From positions 19,943 through 83,942 of the IMG/VR virus record IMGVR_UViG_3300028399_000005: 64,000 bases of DNA; one strand, 5' to 3'. Origin of the DNA: a virus. Positions 1-8,966 of the stretch are shown here, piece after piece. Position numbers and translations under genes: made by a program. Each line of letters starts with the position of its first letter. The stretch's first letter is position 1. The notes under the pieces are model-generated. The model worked only from the letters and a program-made list of their open reading frames with translations. It ran no database searches and was not told where the DNA came from.

Positions 1-71
1 GCGCGGATGACGCGCTCATAGTCTTCAAGAAGTATAATGCTTATGAAATACCCTCTGCTTGCGGATATCAT
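1..71 (-). CDS. partial hypothetical protein running off the window edge (MISASRGYFISIILLEDYERVIR...)
   Basis: ATG at 71 lies ~25 nt downstream of a variant of the conserved promoter (acacaatgtttaaata, 72-109); frame is open to the edge. Confidence 0.35.
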   Translation of the reverse strand, partial: MISASRGYFISIILLEDYERVIR

Positions 72-124
72 ATGTCTATTATACTCATTGTAATATTTAA
101 ACATTGTGTAATATTACGAAGGGA

Positions 125-487
125 TTAGTCGAGTCCTCTCTTGAGCTCGACTTCGATCATGCTTCTGATCCCTCGTCCGAGGAGCTTTCGAATGCGAGGA
201 TCGGACGCTTCTTTCCCGCGAGCGAACATGTGGCGCCCAGGCACCCAGCGACCACCAACGGACATGTGCCCGTACTCGACGTAGGGTGCGTACTCGACGT
301 TCGTGCCGACGAAGCCCTCAATATTGTTGTCCCGCGTTAGGATCGGCCCACGCTTTGTTATCGACGAACGCAGGCGACCCGTGTCGACGGGCGTTCTTAT
401 CACTATTTGGCGTTGTAGCTCTTCGAGAGCACTGTCGAACTGTCTTAATAATTCCCGCAAGAACCTTCTTTCGTCAAAAACGGTCAT
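125..487 (-). CDS. HK97 gp10-like neck/tail-completion protein
   Basis: RTPVDTGRLRSSI...VGTNVEYAPYVEYG motifs typical of the HK97-gp10 family; start reassigned to MTVFDERR. Confidence 0.8.
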   Translation of the reverse strand: MTVFDERRFLRELLRQFDSALEELQRQIVIRTPVDTGRLRSSITKRGPILTRDNNIEGFVGTNVEYAPYVEYGHMSVGGRWVPGRHMFARGKEASDPRIRKLLGRGIRSMIEVELKRGLD

Positions 488-571
488 TCTCGCTATGAAA
501 AACGAAGTTATGAATAATAAGTCTATCGAAGAAAAAAACGGCGGGGAATCGGGCAAAAATCGCTCTTAGAA

Positions 572-1129
572 TCAAAAATAGATCACGAACTTGGAGAGTT
601 CGTGGTCGATGAGATAGTAGTGGAACTCACTTCTGTTCTCATCGATCTCGAGCTCGGCGTAAAGCACGTCCTTGATGACTCTTGCGAGCCATAGTCTGTG
701 CTTGGGAGATCCTCTTCTGATCGAGCCAGCGATCTTGATCCTCAACCCGAGGCTTCTAACTCTTGGACTGTTGATATAATCGTTGTCGTCAAGCGACTCG
801 AAGCTCATGTCGGCCATAAGACCGCCATGCTCGAGGTCGCGGGCACCGTCGAAGTAGACGTGGTAAGCGTAGTACGGCTCATAGTCGTCGTCGTAGCTAT
901 AGTCATCAACGGCGGAGTAGTCGATCTCCTTGATGTTGTTTAGGCTGGCACTGGGGTCGATTCTCGCCATGAGAGAGCTTGCGAATCTTAGCGCTCTCTC
1001 CTTGTTCGCGTCGGAGAAGAGGTAATAACCTACCTCTCCGTCGATATTGACTATATGGACGGGGTCGCCCCCGTCCTCAGACATCACGATAAGTGATATG
1101 TCAAGTCCCTTGTGGAATAATCCTATCAT
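572..1129 (-). CDS. hypothetical acidic protein with its own conserved promoter
   Basis: Open frame; leaderless ATG directly after the CCACAACC-TATA motif (1130-1168). Confidence 0.65.
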   Translation of the reverse strand: MIGLFHKGLDISLIVMSEDGGDPVHIVNIDGEVGYYLFSDANKERALRFASSLMARIDPSASLNNIKEIDYSAVDDYSYDDDYEPYYAYHVYFDGARDLEHGGLMADMSFESLDDNDYINSPRVRSLGLRIKIAGSIRRGSPKHRLWLARVIKDVLYAELEIDENRSEFHYYLIDHELSKFVIYF

Positions 1130-1168
1130 CAAGAAAGTATAGGAAGTGATAATATAAAAAGGTTGTGG
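1130..1168 (-). promoter_or_regulatory. class-1 (putative early) promoter CCACAACC-TTTTTATA
   Basis: Reverse complement reads ccacaacctttttatattatcacttcctatactttcttgATG; motif recurs window-wide. Confidence 0.8.
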
Positions 1169-1188
1169 TCTATATGTGTTTTTCCCGA

Positions 1189-2805
1189 TCAAATGAGTGG
1201 GGCGATGAATAGAACAACGGTCTTCCCATCGAGGGAGCCCGCCTCATCGCCGTCATCGCCATCTCCGAAAAGATCGTCGGCGCTCTCCTTTCTCGGAATC
1301 TCCCATGCAACGCCCATGATCGCAGTGTCCTTCAAGTCGGCGTCCGTATCAGCCAAACCAGGGGTCTCCGTGTAGCAAATGAAGGTCTTCGACGGGGCGA
1401 CGCCGACTCGCTTCCAGACCTCGAACAGCGAGCTCGTGAAAATATGGCGATCAAAAAAGATAGACTTCGAAGAATCGGGGTAGCGGAAATACTGGAAATA
1501 CGCAAAAGGCAGTTCAAGGATTTCTGCGACGAAGTACTCCTCGACGACGTCCTTGAAACGCAACCAGTCGTTTTCTTTCCCAAGAGAGTAATCCCAGAGA
1601 CTGCTCTCTTCGAGAGGCAGAACGAAGTCTTGCCATCGCTCTTTTGGGTCGAAAGTTGAAAGGGCGTTTTCGAACGCCAAAAAAACCGTAGTATCCCCGA
1701 AAGTGTGTTTTGCGTGAATTTGCACGTTGTCAAACCGTTTGCGAATACTTTCTAAAACATCATCGAGCTTTTTTGACAACACAACAACGCTCGAAACGTT
1801 GTCCGCCGAGTAAAAGCTCTTAAACTCGACCGCCCCGCCTAAGAACATAAATTGTTGAATAATGAAAGCCCTTGAGGACGGCTTGAGGTTCGTATTGCAC
1901 CAAATATGCTCGTTGATCACTCGGGGGAACGTCCGAGACAAGCTCTCATAGAAATCGAAGACCGTGCTCACGGGCTTTCCCTTGACAGCCTTGGCCTTCG
2001 CCCGATTGAAAGCATTGAGCGTCGGGAACGTCGTGTATTTCTTTTGTTTGAATGATGTTGCTTTCGTTTCTAAGAAAAGCCGTAGCAACCAGTCCAACGC
2101 CTCGATCTGGTCTCTTTCTTCGTTTGGAGCTGGGAAGAACTCATCGACGAGCGAGGACATCTTCATCTCGTAGTCAGCTTCTCGCCGAATCGCCTTCGTG
2201 CCGTGGAACGCCCTCGAAACAACGGTACCACGAATGTTTGCAGGCGAGTGGCGCAACGCAACACCGAGAGCTCTGAACGGTTTCTTGTCTTCCTTGATGC
2301 TCGCGAGCAATTTGCGAGCGGAGTGCATCGTGTCGTTCGAACCAGCGAGCATGAAGTCAAGAGCGACGAGGTTCAGAGCGTGCTTGTCCGCAAACGCCTT
2401 GAGGATGATGGCGCTCTTTGATACGAAAACGCCGAACCCTTGCTCGAGCTGTTGCTTGTCGTCGTCATCCAGCTCTTGTTCTTTCTCTTCTCGCTTCTTC
2501 CAACGCTTCTTGAGAAATATCATGACGAGCTTCTCGAAGTCAAGGTCGTAGAACTTGCGCAACCCGTCCTCAATCCACGCGCTGTCTGGGTCGAGGGCGC
2601 ATCGTTTGATCGCAATGTCGAACATCTTGAACAAGTCGAACAGCAAGGCAAAAACGACTTCGTCTTCGTGTTTTTGGATCAGCCGAACCTCGTCGGCGAA
2701 CGTTGGTTTCTTCCTCGAGGCGTCTCGCAAGGCGTCCTTGTAGGTTTGGAGCAAGGATCGAAGGTCTTGAGACGCCCGATCAAGGTATGGTTCTATCGTT
2801 GCCAT
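1189..2805 (-). CDS. hypothetical protein (538 aa)
   Basis: Long ORF with genome-like codon usage; no recognised motif. Confidence 0.7.
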   Translation of the reverse strand: MATIEPYLDRASQDLRSLLQTYKDALRDASRKKPTFADEVRLIQKHEDEVVFALLFDLFKMFDIAIKRCALDPDSAWIEDGLRKFYDLDFEKLVMIFLKKRWKKREEKEQELDDDDKQQLEQGFGVFVSKSAIILKAFADKHALNLVALDFMLAGSNDTMHSARKLLASIKEDKKPFRALGVALRHSPANIRGTVVSRAFHGTKAIRREADYEMKMSSLVDEFFPAPNEERDQIEALDWLLRLFLETKATSFKQKKYTTFPTLNAFNRAKAKAVKGKPVSTVFDFYESLSRTFPRVINEHIWCNTNLKPSSRAFIIQQFMFLGGAVEFKSFYSADNVSSVVVLSKKLDDVLESIRKRFDNVQIHAKHTFGDTTVFLAFENALSTFDPKERWQDFVLPLEESSLWDYSLGKENDWLRFKDVVEEYFVAEILELPFAYFQYFRYPDSSKSIFFDRHIFTSSLFEVWKRVGVAPSKTFICYTETPGLADTDADLKDTAIMGVAWEIPRKESADDLFGDGDDGDEAGSLDGKTVVLFIAPLI

Positions 2806-2845
2806 CGTCGAGGATTCGAAGCGATCGCTTAAAAACCGAACTAAA

Positions 2846-2855
2846 CGTTATAACG
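2846..2855. promoter_or_regulatory. CGTTATAACG palindromic operator between divergent TATA boxes
   Basis: Perfect 10-bp palindrome with AT-rich TATA-like boxes on both sides; recurs in many intergenic regions. Confidence 0.75.
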
Positions 2856-2893
2856 ATGCCTCATTATTATATAAGCGATTGTGGGATAGAACA

Positions 2894-3193
2894 ATGATAG
2901 CTATGCTCGTACGAATATACGTTTTCGCAGGAATCACTTACGGTGAGGAAGAACACATCAAGACGCTGGTTCGAGAAAACATTGTTTCTCGTTCCAAGAA
3001 GTTCAAGCGAAACAAGCTCGCTATTCGTGCCACGCGAGAAGAAACATACGCGTTGTTCGAGTTCGACATCGTGCGCTACGATGACTACAAGCCTGGGTTG
3101 CAACGAATCAAGTATGCACTCGAAAAGGACGGCTATAACGTCATGATCGAGCTCTTTAGCAAGCGGGACAACACCGTCGTGCGAAGGCTTTGA
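2894..3193 (+). CDS. small hypothetical protein upstream of polB
   Basis: ORF after TATA box ttatataa; in operon arrangement with polB. Confidence 0.6.
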   Translation: MIAMLVRIYVFAGITYGEEEHIKTLVRENIVSRSKKFKRNKLAIRATREETYALFEFDIVRYDDYKPGLQRIKYALEKDGYNVMIELFSKRDNTVVRRL

Positions 3194-3205
3194 CAAGGTG
3201 GTACC

Positions 3206-5782
3206 GTGGCGAGAAAGCTTCCCTACCCGTTGTACAAAGTTCTGCGCATAGACCACGACGAAACGGACGAAGCGGGGCTCGTGATAAGTGCTTTGCGGGA
3301 AGACGGTACGAGAGTGCGTTTCTTCGTCAAGAACTTCAAGCGCTACTCGTTCGTCAAGAAAAGCGACTATGAACGCCTCGGGATCGGTCGATACATCGGG
3401 AACAACGATCTCCCCGTGGTCGTCGAAGAGGAAGGATTTAGGTTCCTTCTCGACGGCGAAGAAGTATATACGCTCAAAACACGCAAACCCGTCGTCCTCT
3501 CAAAAATGAAGGAAAGGTTCGGTGCGGACGTAATACACCAAGCGGACGTGCTCTACCCGACGGCGTTCATGGTCTGGATCGGGCTCAAGCGGTTCTTCTA
3601 CCTCGAGAACGCCGCGTTGCTCGCAATGATGGGCGACGACCACGGCTCGGAAATAGACTACCGCCAGATAAAGCCTGTAGCGGACGAGGACGTCCCAGCG
3701 GAGCGACGATTCATCTTCAAGCACCGCGTCGCCTACGTGGACATCGAGGTCTTGCCGAAAGAAGGCTCGGTCTCGTTCATCGACGTGGAAAAAGCCGAGG
3801 AACCCGTGCACGTTGTGAGCGTGGTGATCCGTGGCGAGGACAAAGACGTCGAACGAGTGTTCCTTCTCACAAGTGATCGTCGGCTCGTCAAGCATGGAAC
3901 GACAATGCGCCACAAGTTCTACGACGTTGATTGCGAGATTCTCTTCGTCGCAAACGAGCGAGAAATGCTTTTGGCCCTCGACAAGACGCTCGCAGAGGTT
4001 ACCGTGGTCTCGTTCTGGAACTTCAAGTTCGACGTGCCGTACTTGACCAAGAGAGCGCAAAAGCTCGGTGTTCGCCTCGATTTCTTGCGGGAAGCGATGA
4101 TCTTCGACGCAATGATCGCTTTCTCGAAGTATCAACGTATAGACAGCTATCAGAAGCTCAAGAGTGTATTTGACTTCTTGCAAAAGTTCCGAGCGTCCGA
4201 GTTCGAGAAATTGCCACCGCAGTTCCGCACGGAAATAGGAAAGCGCTACATCGACGCAAGGCGTTCGCAGTCGGGGTCTTCTGCGATCACGGACGTTCGC
4301 TCGGGGAAAGTAGCCGAATACTTGTTCTACTCGTTCTCGGACGTGCTCGACATGTGGGCGCTCGACGAGGTTTGCGGGACGGACAGCTTCTTAGGGCTCA
4401 TTGACGCCATCGGCCTCGCCGACCCGCTCGACGTTTTCATGCACTCGTCCACGCTCGACCCCGTTCATTTGTTCTTCGCCATGCGCCACAAGGTCGCTTC
4501 CCCGAGCAAGATCCGAGACCGCAAGGAAGAAGTCATCCGCGGGGCGATCGTCTTCGAGCCGAAAGTCGGGTTGCACGAGAACGTGCTCGTGCTCGACATC
4601 TCGCACTACTACCCCTCGATCATTCTCTCGAAGGAAGTCAGCCCCGAGAACGTGCCTGGCAGGGAGAACAACCCTCGCATGTTCGACGGGCAGTTCTTCC
4701 TCGTTGCGTTCATGGAGCGCATGCTCAAGCTACGCTACCACTACGAAGCGTTGCGAGATGCTACCGACGACCCTATTTTGAAGGATCGCTACGCGAAGGA
4801 AGCGTGGCGAGTGAAAACACTCACCTCGGGTGAATGGGGCTACATTGCTTCCGAGAGGAACCGCTACTATGCGGGCCACGTGAAACGAATCATCCTCGAA
4901 GAATCGAGGCGGGGGATCCAGAGAATCGCCGATTTTGTGAAAACGCAAGGCGTTGAGCTCATCGGCGGGGACACCGATTCCGTGTTCGTGCAGATCCTCG
5001 GCGAAGCAACGGTCGAGAGAATCCGCTCGCTCGAGCAAGCTATCAACGCGATGCTTGACGATTATTGCAGAGAGCAAGGATACACTCAAAAGATCAAGCT
5101 CAAGGCGGAAAAGCTCGGCGGGCGAATGCTCATCACGCGCAAGAAGCGCTACGCAATGATGATCGTTTGGAAGCAAGGGGACGCCGAGATCAAGCCCCTC
5201 GAGCAAGGAAAGCTCTACGTCAAGGGGCTCGACCTCGTCCGTGGCGACACCCCGCTCGTGGCAAAACATCTCCAACAAAGAATTCTTGACAAGATACTCA
5301 AAGAGGACGTAGAAAGCGCTCTTTCGTTCTTCGTCGATTATTACCACTCGATCGAGAAAAAGGCTCGAGAACTCCGAAAAAACGGCAAAAACAAGGACAC
5401 CGAGTTCATAGAATCAATCGCTGTTCCGATCAACTTCAAAGCCGAGCTCGAGAGTTACAAGAAAGGAACGTCATTCCATACGTACGCCAAGAGCGCAAGC
5501 GTCTGGAACGAGAGATTCCCAGATGAGCAAATCGGCGCACGGACGAAGTGCTTCGTCGTGTATTTCACGGACACGTACGATCAAGCATATCGTGGCCTCG
5601 ATCGCGTCGTTTTCACGAACTCGGCCCTCGTGGATTGGAGCAAGTTCGAGATCGACGTTCGAAAGCACTTCGAGATCGCCGTGATCCGCAAAGTCTCGCT
5701 CCTCTTCGACAGCGTCGGCTATGACGAGGACAAGCTTCTCTCGCGGATCGCTGGCACCGTGGGAGCGGAAGACTTGTTCTGA
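3206..5782 (+). CDS. polB: family B DNA polymerase with 3'-5' exonuclease domain
   Basis: ExoI YVDIEV, ExoII NFKFDVPYL, motif A DISHYYPSII, motif C GDTDSVFV, KKRY and KGLDLVRGD motifs. Confidence 0.95.
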   Translation: MARKLPYPLYKVLRIDHDETDEAGLVISALREDGTRVRFFVKNFKRYSFVKKSDYERLGIGRYIGNNDLPVVVEEEGFRFLLDGEEVYTLKTRKPVVLSKMKERFGADVIHQADVLYPTAFMVWIGLKRFFYLENAALLAMMGDDHGSEIDYRQIKPVADEDVPAERRFIFKHRVAYVDIEVLPKEGSVSFIDVEKAEEPVHVVSVVIRGEDKDVERVFLLTSDRRLVKHGTTMRHKFYDVDCEILFVANEREMLLALDKTLAEVTVVSFWNFKFDVPYLTKRAQKLGVRLDFLREAMIFDAMIAFSKYQRIDSYQKLKSVFDFLQKFRASEFEKLPPQFRTEIGKRYIDARRSQSGSSAITDVRSGKVAEYLFYSFSDVLDMWALDEVCGTDSFLGLIDAIGLADPLDVFMHSSTLDPVHLFFAMRHKVASPSKIRDRKEEVIRGAIVFEPKVGLHENVLVLDISHYYPSIILSKEVSPENVPGRENNPRMFDGQFFLVAFMERMLKLRYHYEALRDATDDPILKDRYAKEAWRVKTLTSGEWGYIASERNRYYAGHVKRIILEESRRGIQRIADFVKTQGVELIGGDTDSVFVQILGEATVERIRSLEQAINAMLDDYCREQGYTQKIKLKAEKLGGRMLITRKKRYAMMIVWKQGDAEIKPLEQGKLYVKGLDLVRGDTPLVAKHLQQRILDKILKEDVESALSFFVDYYHSIEKKARELRKNGKNKDTEFIESIAVPINFKAELESYKKGTSFHTYAKSASVWNERFPDEQIGARTKCFVVYFTDTYDQAYRGLDRVVFTNSALVDWSKFEIDVRKHFEIAVIRKVSLLFDSVGYDEDKLLSRIAGTVGAEDLF

Positions 5783-5795
5783 GAGGTAGGTTCAC

Positions 5796-6677
5796 ATGAC
5801 AGAAAAAGAAGGCAACAATGTCGAAATTCCCCGAATAACCCCTGTTTTCGCCCCGTTAGAGCCACTTGACAGCAAGACCCGAACAAAAGATCGGCCAAAA
5901 AGAAAACCCTCGAAAAGACGCAAAAAGCGGGCAATTTCGAGGGCGAAAAAGACCGCCCCGAAAGTAGTCATCACGATCGACGTCCGAGAGCAAGGAGCGT
6001 CGAAAATCCAACATTTCCTACGGTCGAAAGGCTGGGACGTTCGTCTCAAGATGATCCCCGTGGGCGACTATATCGTGGAAAGCGACGAGGGCGAATACGT
6101 CATCATCGAGCGGAAAACCGCCCCCGATTTGTTCCGTTCGCTCATCGATGGTAGACTCGATTTGCAGATCACGGAGCTCGGCGCCCACGAGCACTCGATC
6201 GTGGCGATCGTCGGGAGCGCCTACGATCCTCGGGCGAGCGAGAGCATGCGGAACGGCGAGTTCCCGCAACGAGTGGTCAGCGTCTTGACGAGCTTGGCGG
6301 TACGCGTGCCCGCCACGGGCTGGCGTCCGAGCTTGCTCTTCTTACGTAACGAGAACGACTTCATGCTCTCGCTCGACTACATCGCTCGCTTGCTCCGAGA
6401 CCGCCGTATCTATCGAGAAGAGCCCGCAACGCTCTTTCGGAGCTTGCAGAACCCGAGAAAGTCGATTGACGCGAAAGACCCCCGCCTCGTGCACGCGGTG
6501 CGGGTGCGGATCATCTCGAGCATCCCAGGCATCGGGCGCAACATTGCGAGCGAGATCTTGCATCATTTCGACGGCTCGCTCGAAGCGGTGTTCTCGGCGA
6601 CGGTCGATCAATTGGAAAAAGTGCGTGGAATAGGAGCAAAACGGGCGATGATGATCTGGAACTTTCTTCATTCGTGA
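5796..6677 (+). CDS. ERCC4/XPF (Hef-type) structure-specific nuclease with HhH domain
   Basis: IDVRE, GDYIV, ERKT..DL..SL.DGRL..Q motifs; IPGIG and VRGIG HhH motifs. Confidence 0.92.
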   Translation: MTEKEGNNVEIPRITPVFAPLEPLDSKTRTKDRPKRKPSKRRKKRAISRAKKTAPKVVITIDVREQGASKIQHFLRSKGWDVRLKMIPVGDYIVESDEGEYVIIERKTAPDLFRSLIDGRLDLQITELGAHEHSIVAIVGSAYDPRASESMRNGEFPQRVVSVLTSLAVRVPATGWRPSLLFLRNENDFMLSLDYIARLLRDRRIYREEPATLFRSLQNPRKSIDAKDPRLVHAVRVRIISSIPGIGRNIASEILHHFDGSLEAVFSATVDQLEKVRGIGAKRAMMIWNFLHS

Positions 6678-6709
6678 AAAAGTGCGGGCGGGGAAGTTTT
6701 TTGTTCTTT

Positions 6710-7666
6710 TTACCAAGTTGCGTCTTCGAACTCTTCGGCGATTACGAAGAGATCGGCGGTTAGGTCAGTAAAGGCATAGAACATACCGTATTCCTCGATT
6801 GCCTCGTCGACACGGGCGACGTATTCTGCGACGAGTTCATCGTCGTCGGATTCCTTGTTGAAGAACTTGATGAGTTCTTCTTTGATTAGTTTCTTGAATT
6901 TCTTGAAAGCGTCGAAGTCGGGGTCGGTGTAGAAAACGTATCTGCGCCCCCATGGGGTGTTGCTCTCATAAGGGTCTTCGCTTGCGTCGACGGTCTTGAT
7001 GAGACCAGCCTCTTCTAAGACGTCGACCATGGGGATGCTGTCGTGGATGGAGATGACTTCGGTGCCTGTCTCGATGTCGTAGTCGGAGTCCGCAAACCCC
7101 ATGTAGTGCTCACATGGGATGAAGACTCCTTCCCAGACTGTATTGGGAGTTCCGTCGTCGTGGTACCCAATTATTTCTTGGCGGGTGTCATACAATGGTT
7201 CTTTGCACACTGGACAGTAAATGTTCGGCGCAGAGCCATTCTTGAGAAGTCCGTCAAAAGGCTTATAACCCTCGAGTGAGGGATTCTCTCGGAGTTCGTG
7301 GATGATGAACTCCCATATTATTCTAACTCGCAACCTCTTTCCAATGTTCTTCGCCCTGGCGATGGGATGATTTGTGTATTCTCTTTCCCATCCCAGGGGG
7401 TTTTGATGGGTTGCGAGGTAGAAATGTAGGTATTCATTGATGGCGATCTCGTGGCATGTTGCCACTTTATGAAAAGTGTTGAGGTTCGCCACGAAATCGG
7501 AAAGGTCGCGATCGAGCTCGATTGCGGTCTTGATCACGCGCAGAAGGTATTCGTGCGCGTGCTTGTAGTAGAGAGGCACAAGAGCCTCTCGGGCGTATCT
7601 CTTTAGTTTTTTAATTGATGGGGCGATTTGTTTTAATTGTTCGAGCGGTGGCATTTTCTTTGTCAT
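6710..7666 (-). CDS. hypothetical protein with CxxC motif and own conserved promoter
   Basis: Leaderless ATG after CCACAACC-TATA motif (7667-7705); CPVC and CEH motifs. Confidence 0.7.
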   Translation of the reverse strand: MTKKMPPLEQLKQIAPSIKKLKRYAREALVPLYYKHAHEYLLRVIKTAIELDRDLSDFVANLNTFHKVATCHEIAINEYLHFYLATHQNPLGWEREYTNHPIARAKNIGKRLRVRIIWEFIIHELRENPSLEGYKPFDGLLKNGSAPNIYCPVCKEPLYDTRQEIIGYHDDGTPNTVWEGVFIPCEHYMGFADSDYDIETGTEVISIHDSIPMVDVLEEAGLIKTVDASEDPYESNTPWGRRYVFYTDPDFDAFKKFKKLIKEELIKFFNKESDDDELVAEYVARVDEAIEEYGMFYAFTDLTADLFVIAEEFEDATW

Positions 7667-7705
7667 CAATATAATATAGGAAGTGATAATATATAAAGGT
7701 TGTGG
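7667..7705 (-). promoter_or_regulatory. class-1 promoter
   Basis: ccacaacctttatatattatcacttcctatattatattgATG on the minus strand. Confidence 0.85.
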
Positions 7706-7789
7706 TAAAGACATGTTTTGATCCTTCTTTGGATGTATAATAGCGATAGTTTTTTATAAAGGTGGTTGGAATATGAGTATGAGAAGAAT

Positions 7790-7910
7790 GGGGCAGTAGC
7801 TCAGCCTGGGAGAGCGCGCGAGTAAAGCCCCCTTGCGCGCGCCACTCTGCGCACAGCAGATTGAGGGGGCCTCAGTGTAGTCGCGGGTTCAAATCCCGCC
7901 TGCTCCACCA
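7790..7910 (+). tRNA. tRNA-Ala-like RNA with expanded, non-canonical anticodon domain
   Basis: Acceptor GGGGCAG/CTGCTCC (G3-U70), A73, encoded CCA, D arm GCTC-AGCCTGGGA-GAGC, T arm GCGGG-TTCAAAT-CCCGC; upstream TTTATAAA and downstream T7; ~60 nt occupy the anticodon arm position. Confidence 0.85.
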
Positions 7911-8447
7911 CTTTTTTTGTGAAACAAGCCTAAACCCCGCCATCGTCTCGATGAGGTAACTTCTCGTCGGTTTTCTTTGTGCAGATAACAATATTTTCGC
8001 AATTCTTTCTCGGATTCTTGCACTGCCCGAATGACTACGAAAAAAATGGCACTACAAGTATCCAGAACATACTTCAGGATTTTTTCGATTTTTCGGGGCA
8101 AAAACCCGAACTTTTTCGTTGAAAAAATCAGTTTCCAAGACAAAAAGTATAATTTCACGATTAAGATTTTCAAAAAACTTAATGATTTACCTCAGTTTCC
8201 TATGAAAAGTATATCTTGAATACTCGAGCATATGTTTCATGGCGTGATACAAGCTATTGCAACAGAAATAATTATCGCCATTTCTTCTCGCATGTTTCAA
8301 GACCCGTGATACAAATATGAACTTAGAAAACAGTTCGGAACGTATCGAAAACAAAGAAGTCGAATAGCATGGCAGGATCCTACACAAGTTATGCATTTTT
8401 TCATATTCGCGCGCTCCGCACTTGTACTTACAAAATATTTCTTGTTA

Positions 8448-8486
8448 CCACAACCTTTATATATTTCTCATTCCTATAGTATATTG
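8448..8486 (+). promoter_or_regulatory. class-1 promoter
   Basis: ccacaacctttatatatttctcattcctatagtatattgATG. Confidence 0.85.
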
Positions 8487-8960
8487 ATGACTGGACAAAC
8501 AACTCTTGAAGAGTTTGCTCTTCGCCTCATCCCCGTGGGCGAAGAGATCGAAGTTGTTGTGAAAAAAGACGGGAAAGTAGTCGACTATGTCCCCGTCTTT
8601 CGAAAAGATAAAGCGAATTTCGTCCTCGGCACGTTCGAGGGTGTCGTCGAAGTCGAAGGCAAAACACCGCGCCAGGCGTTAAACGCGGTCAAACGTACAC
8701 TCAAACAAACCTATGGCATTGTCAAATCGCGACGCAGACTACACACCGTCGACGTATCCCTCGAGCAGAGAGTCCTCGACTATATCGGGGACTACGACGA
8801 GTGGGTGCTCGTCTTCGACATATACGAACGCTACGATGTCGGGGTCTCGGAACTCATCGACGCTATTAAGAAGCTACACGAACAAGGAAGAATCGACGTG
8901 GCGGGCGGAATAACACCCCCGCCGATCCCAGCGAGCATGGCGCTCATCCGAAGAATCTAA
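8487..8960 (+). CDS. hypothetical protein with N-terminal PIP-box-like motif and possible C-terminal wHTH
   Basis: MTGQTTLEEF resembles the archaeal QxxLxxF PIP box; leaderless start. Confidence 0.65.
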   Translation: MTGQTTLEEFALRLIPVGEEIEVVVKKDGKVVDYVPVFRKDKANFVLGTFEGVVEVEGKTPRQALNAVKRTLKQTYGIVKSRRRLHTVDVSLEQRVLDYIGDYDEWVLVFDIYERYDVGVSELIDAIKKLHEQGRIDVAGGITPPPIPASMALIRRI

Positions 8961-8966
8961 ACCCTC

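Noticed and set aside
7790-7910. tRNA as prophage attachment site or standard intron-containing tRNA
   Set aside because: Viral-type genes on both sides, no integrase or duplicated 3' end seen, and no canonical BHB motif could be fitted by eye
7889-8396. Short ORFs in the AT-rich gap after the tRNA
   Set aside because: Atypical composition, mutually overlapping, no promoter or SD support
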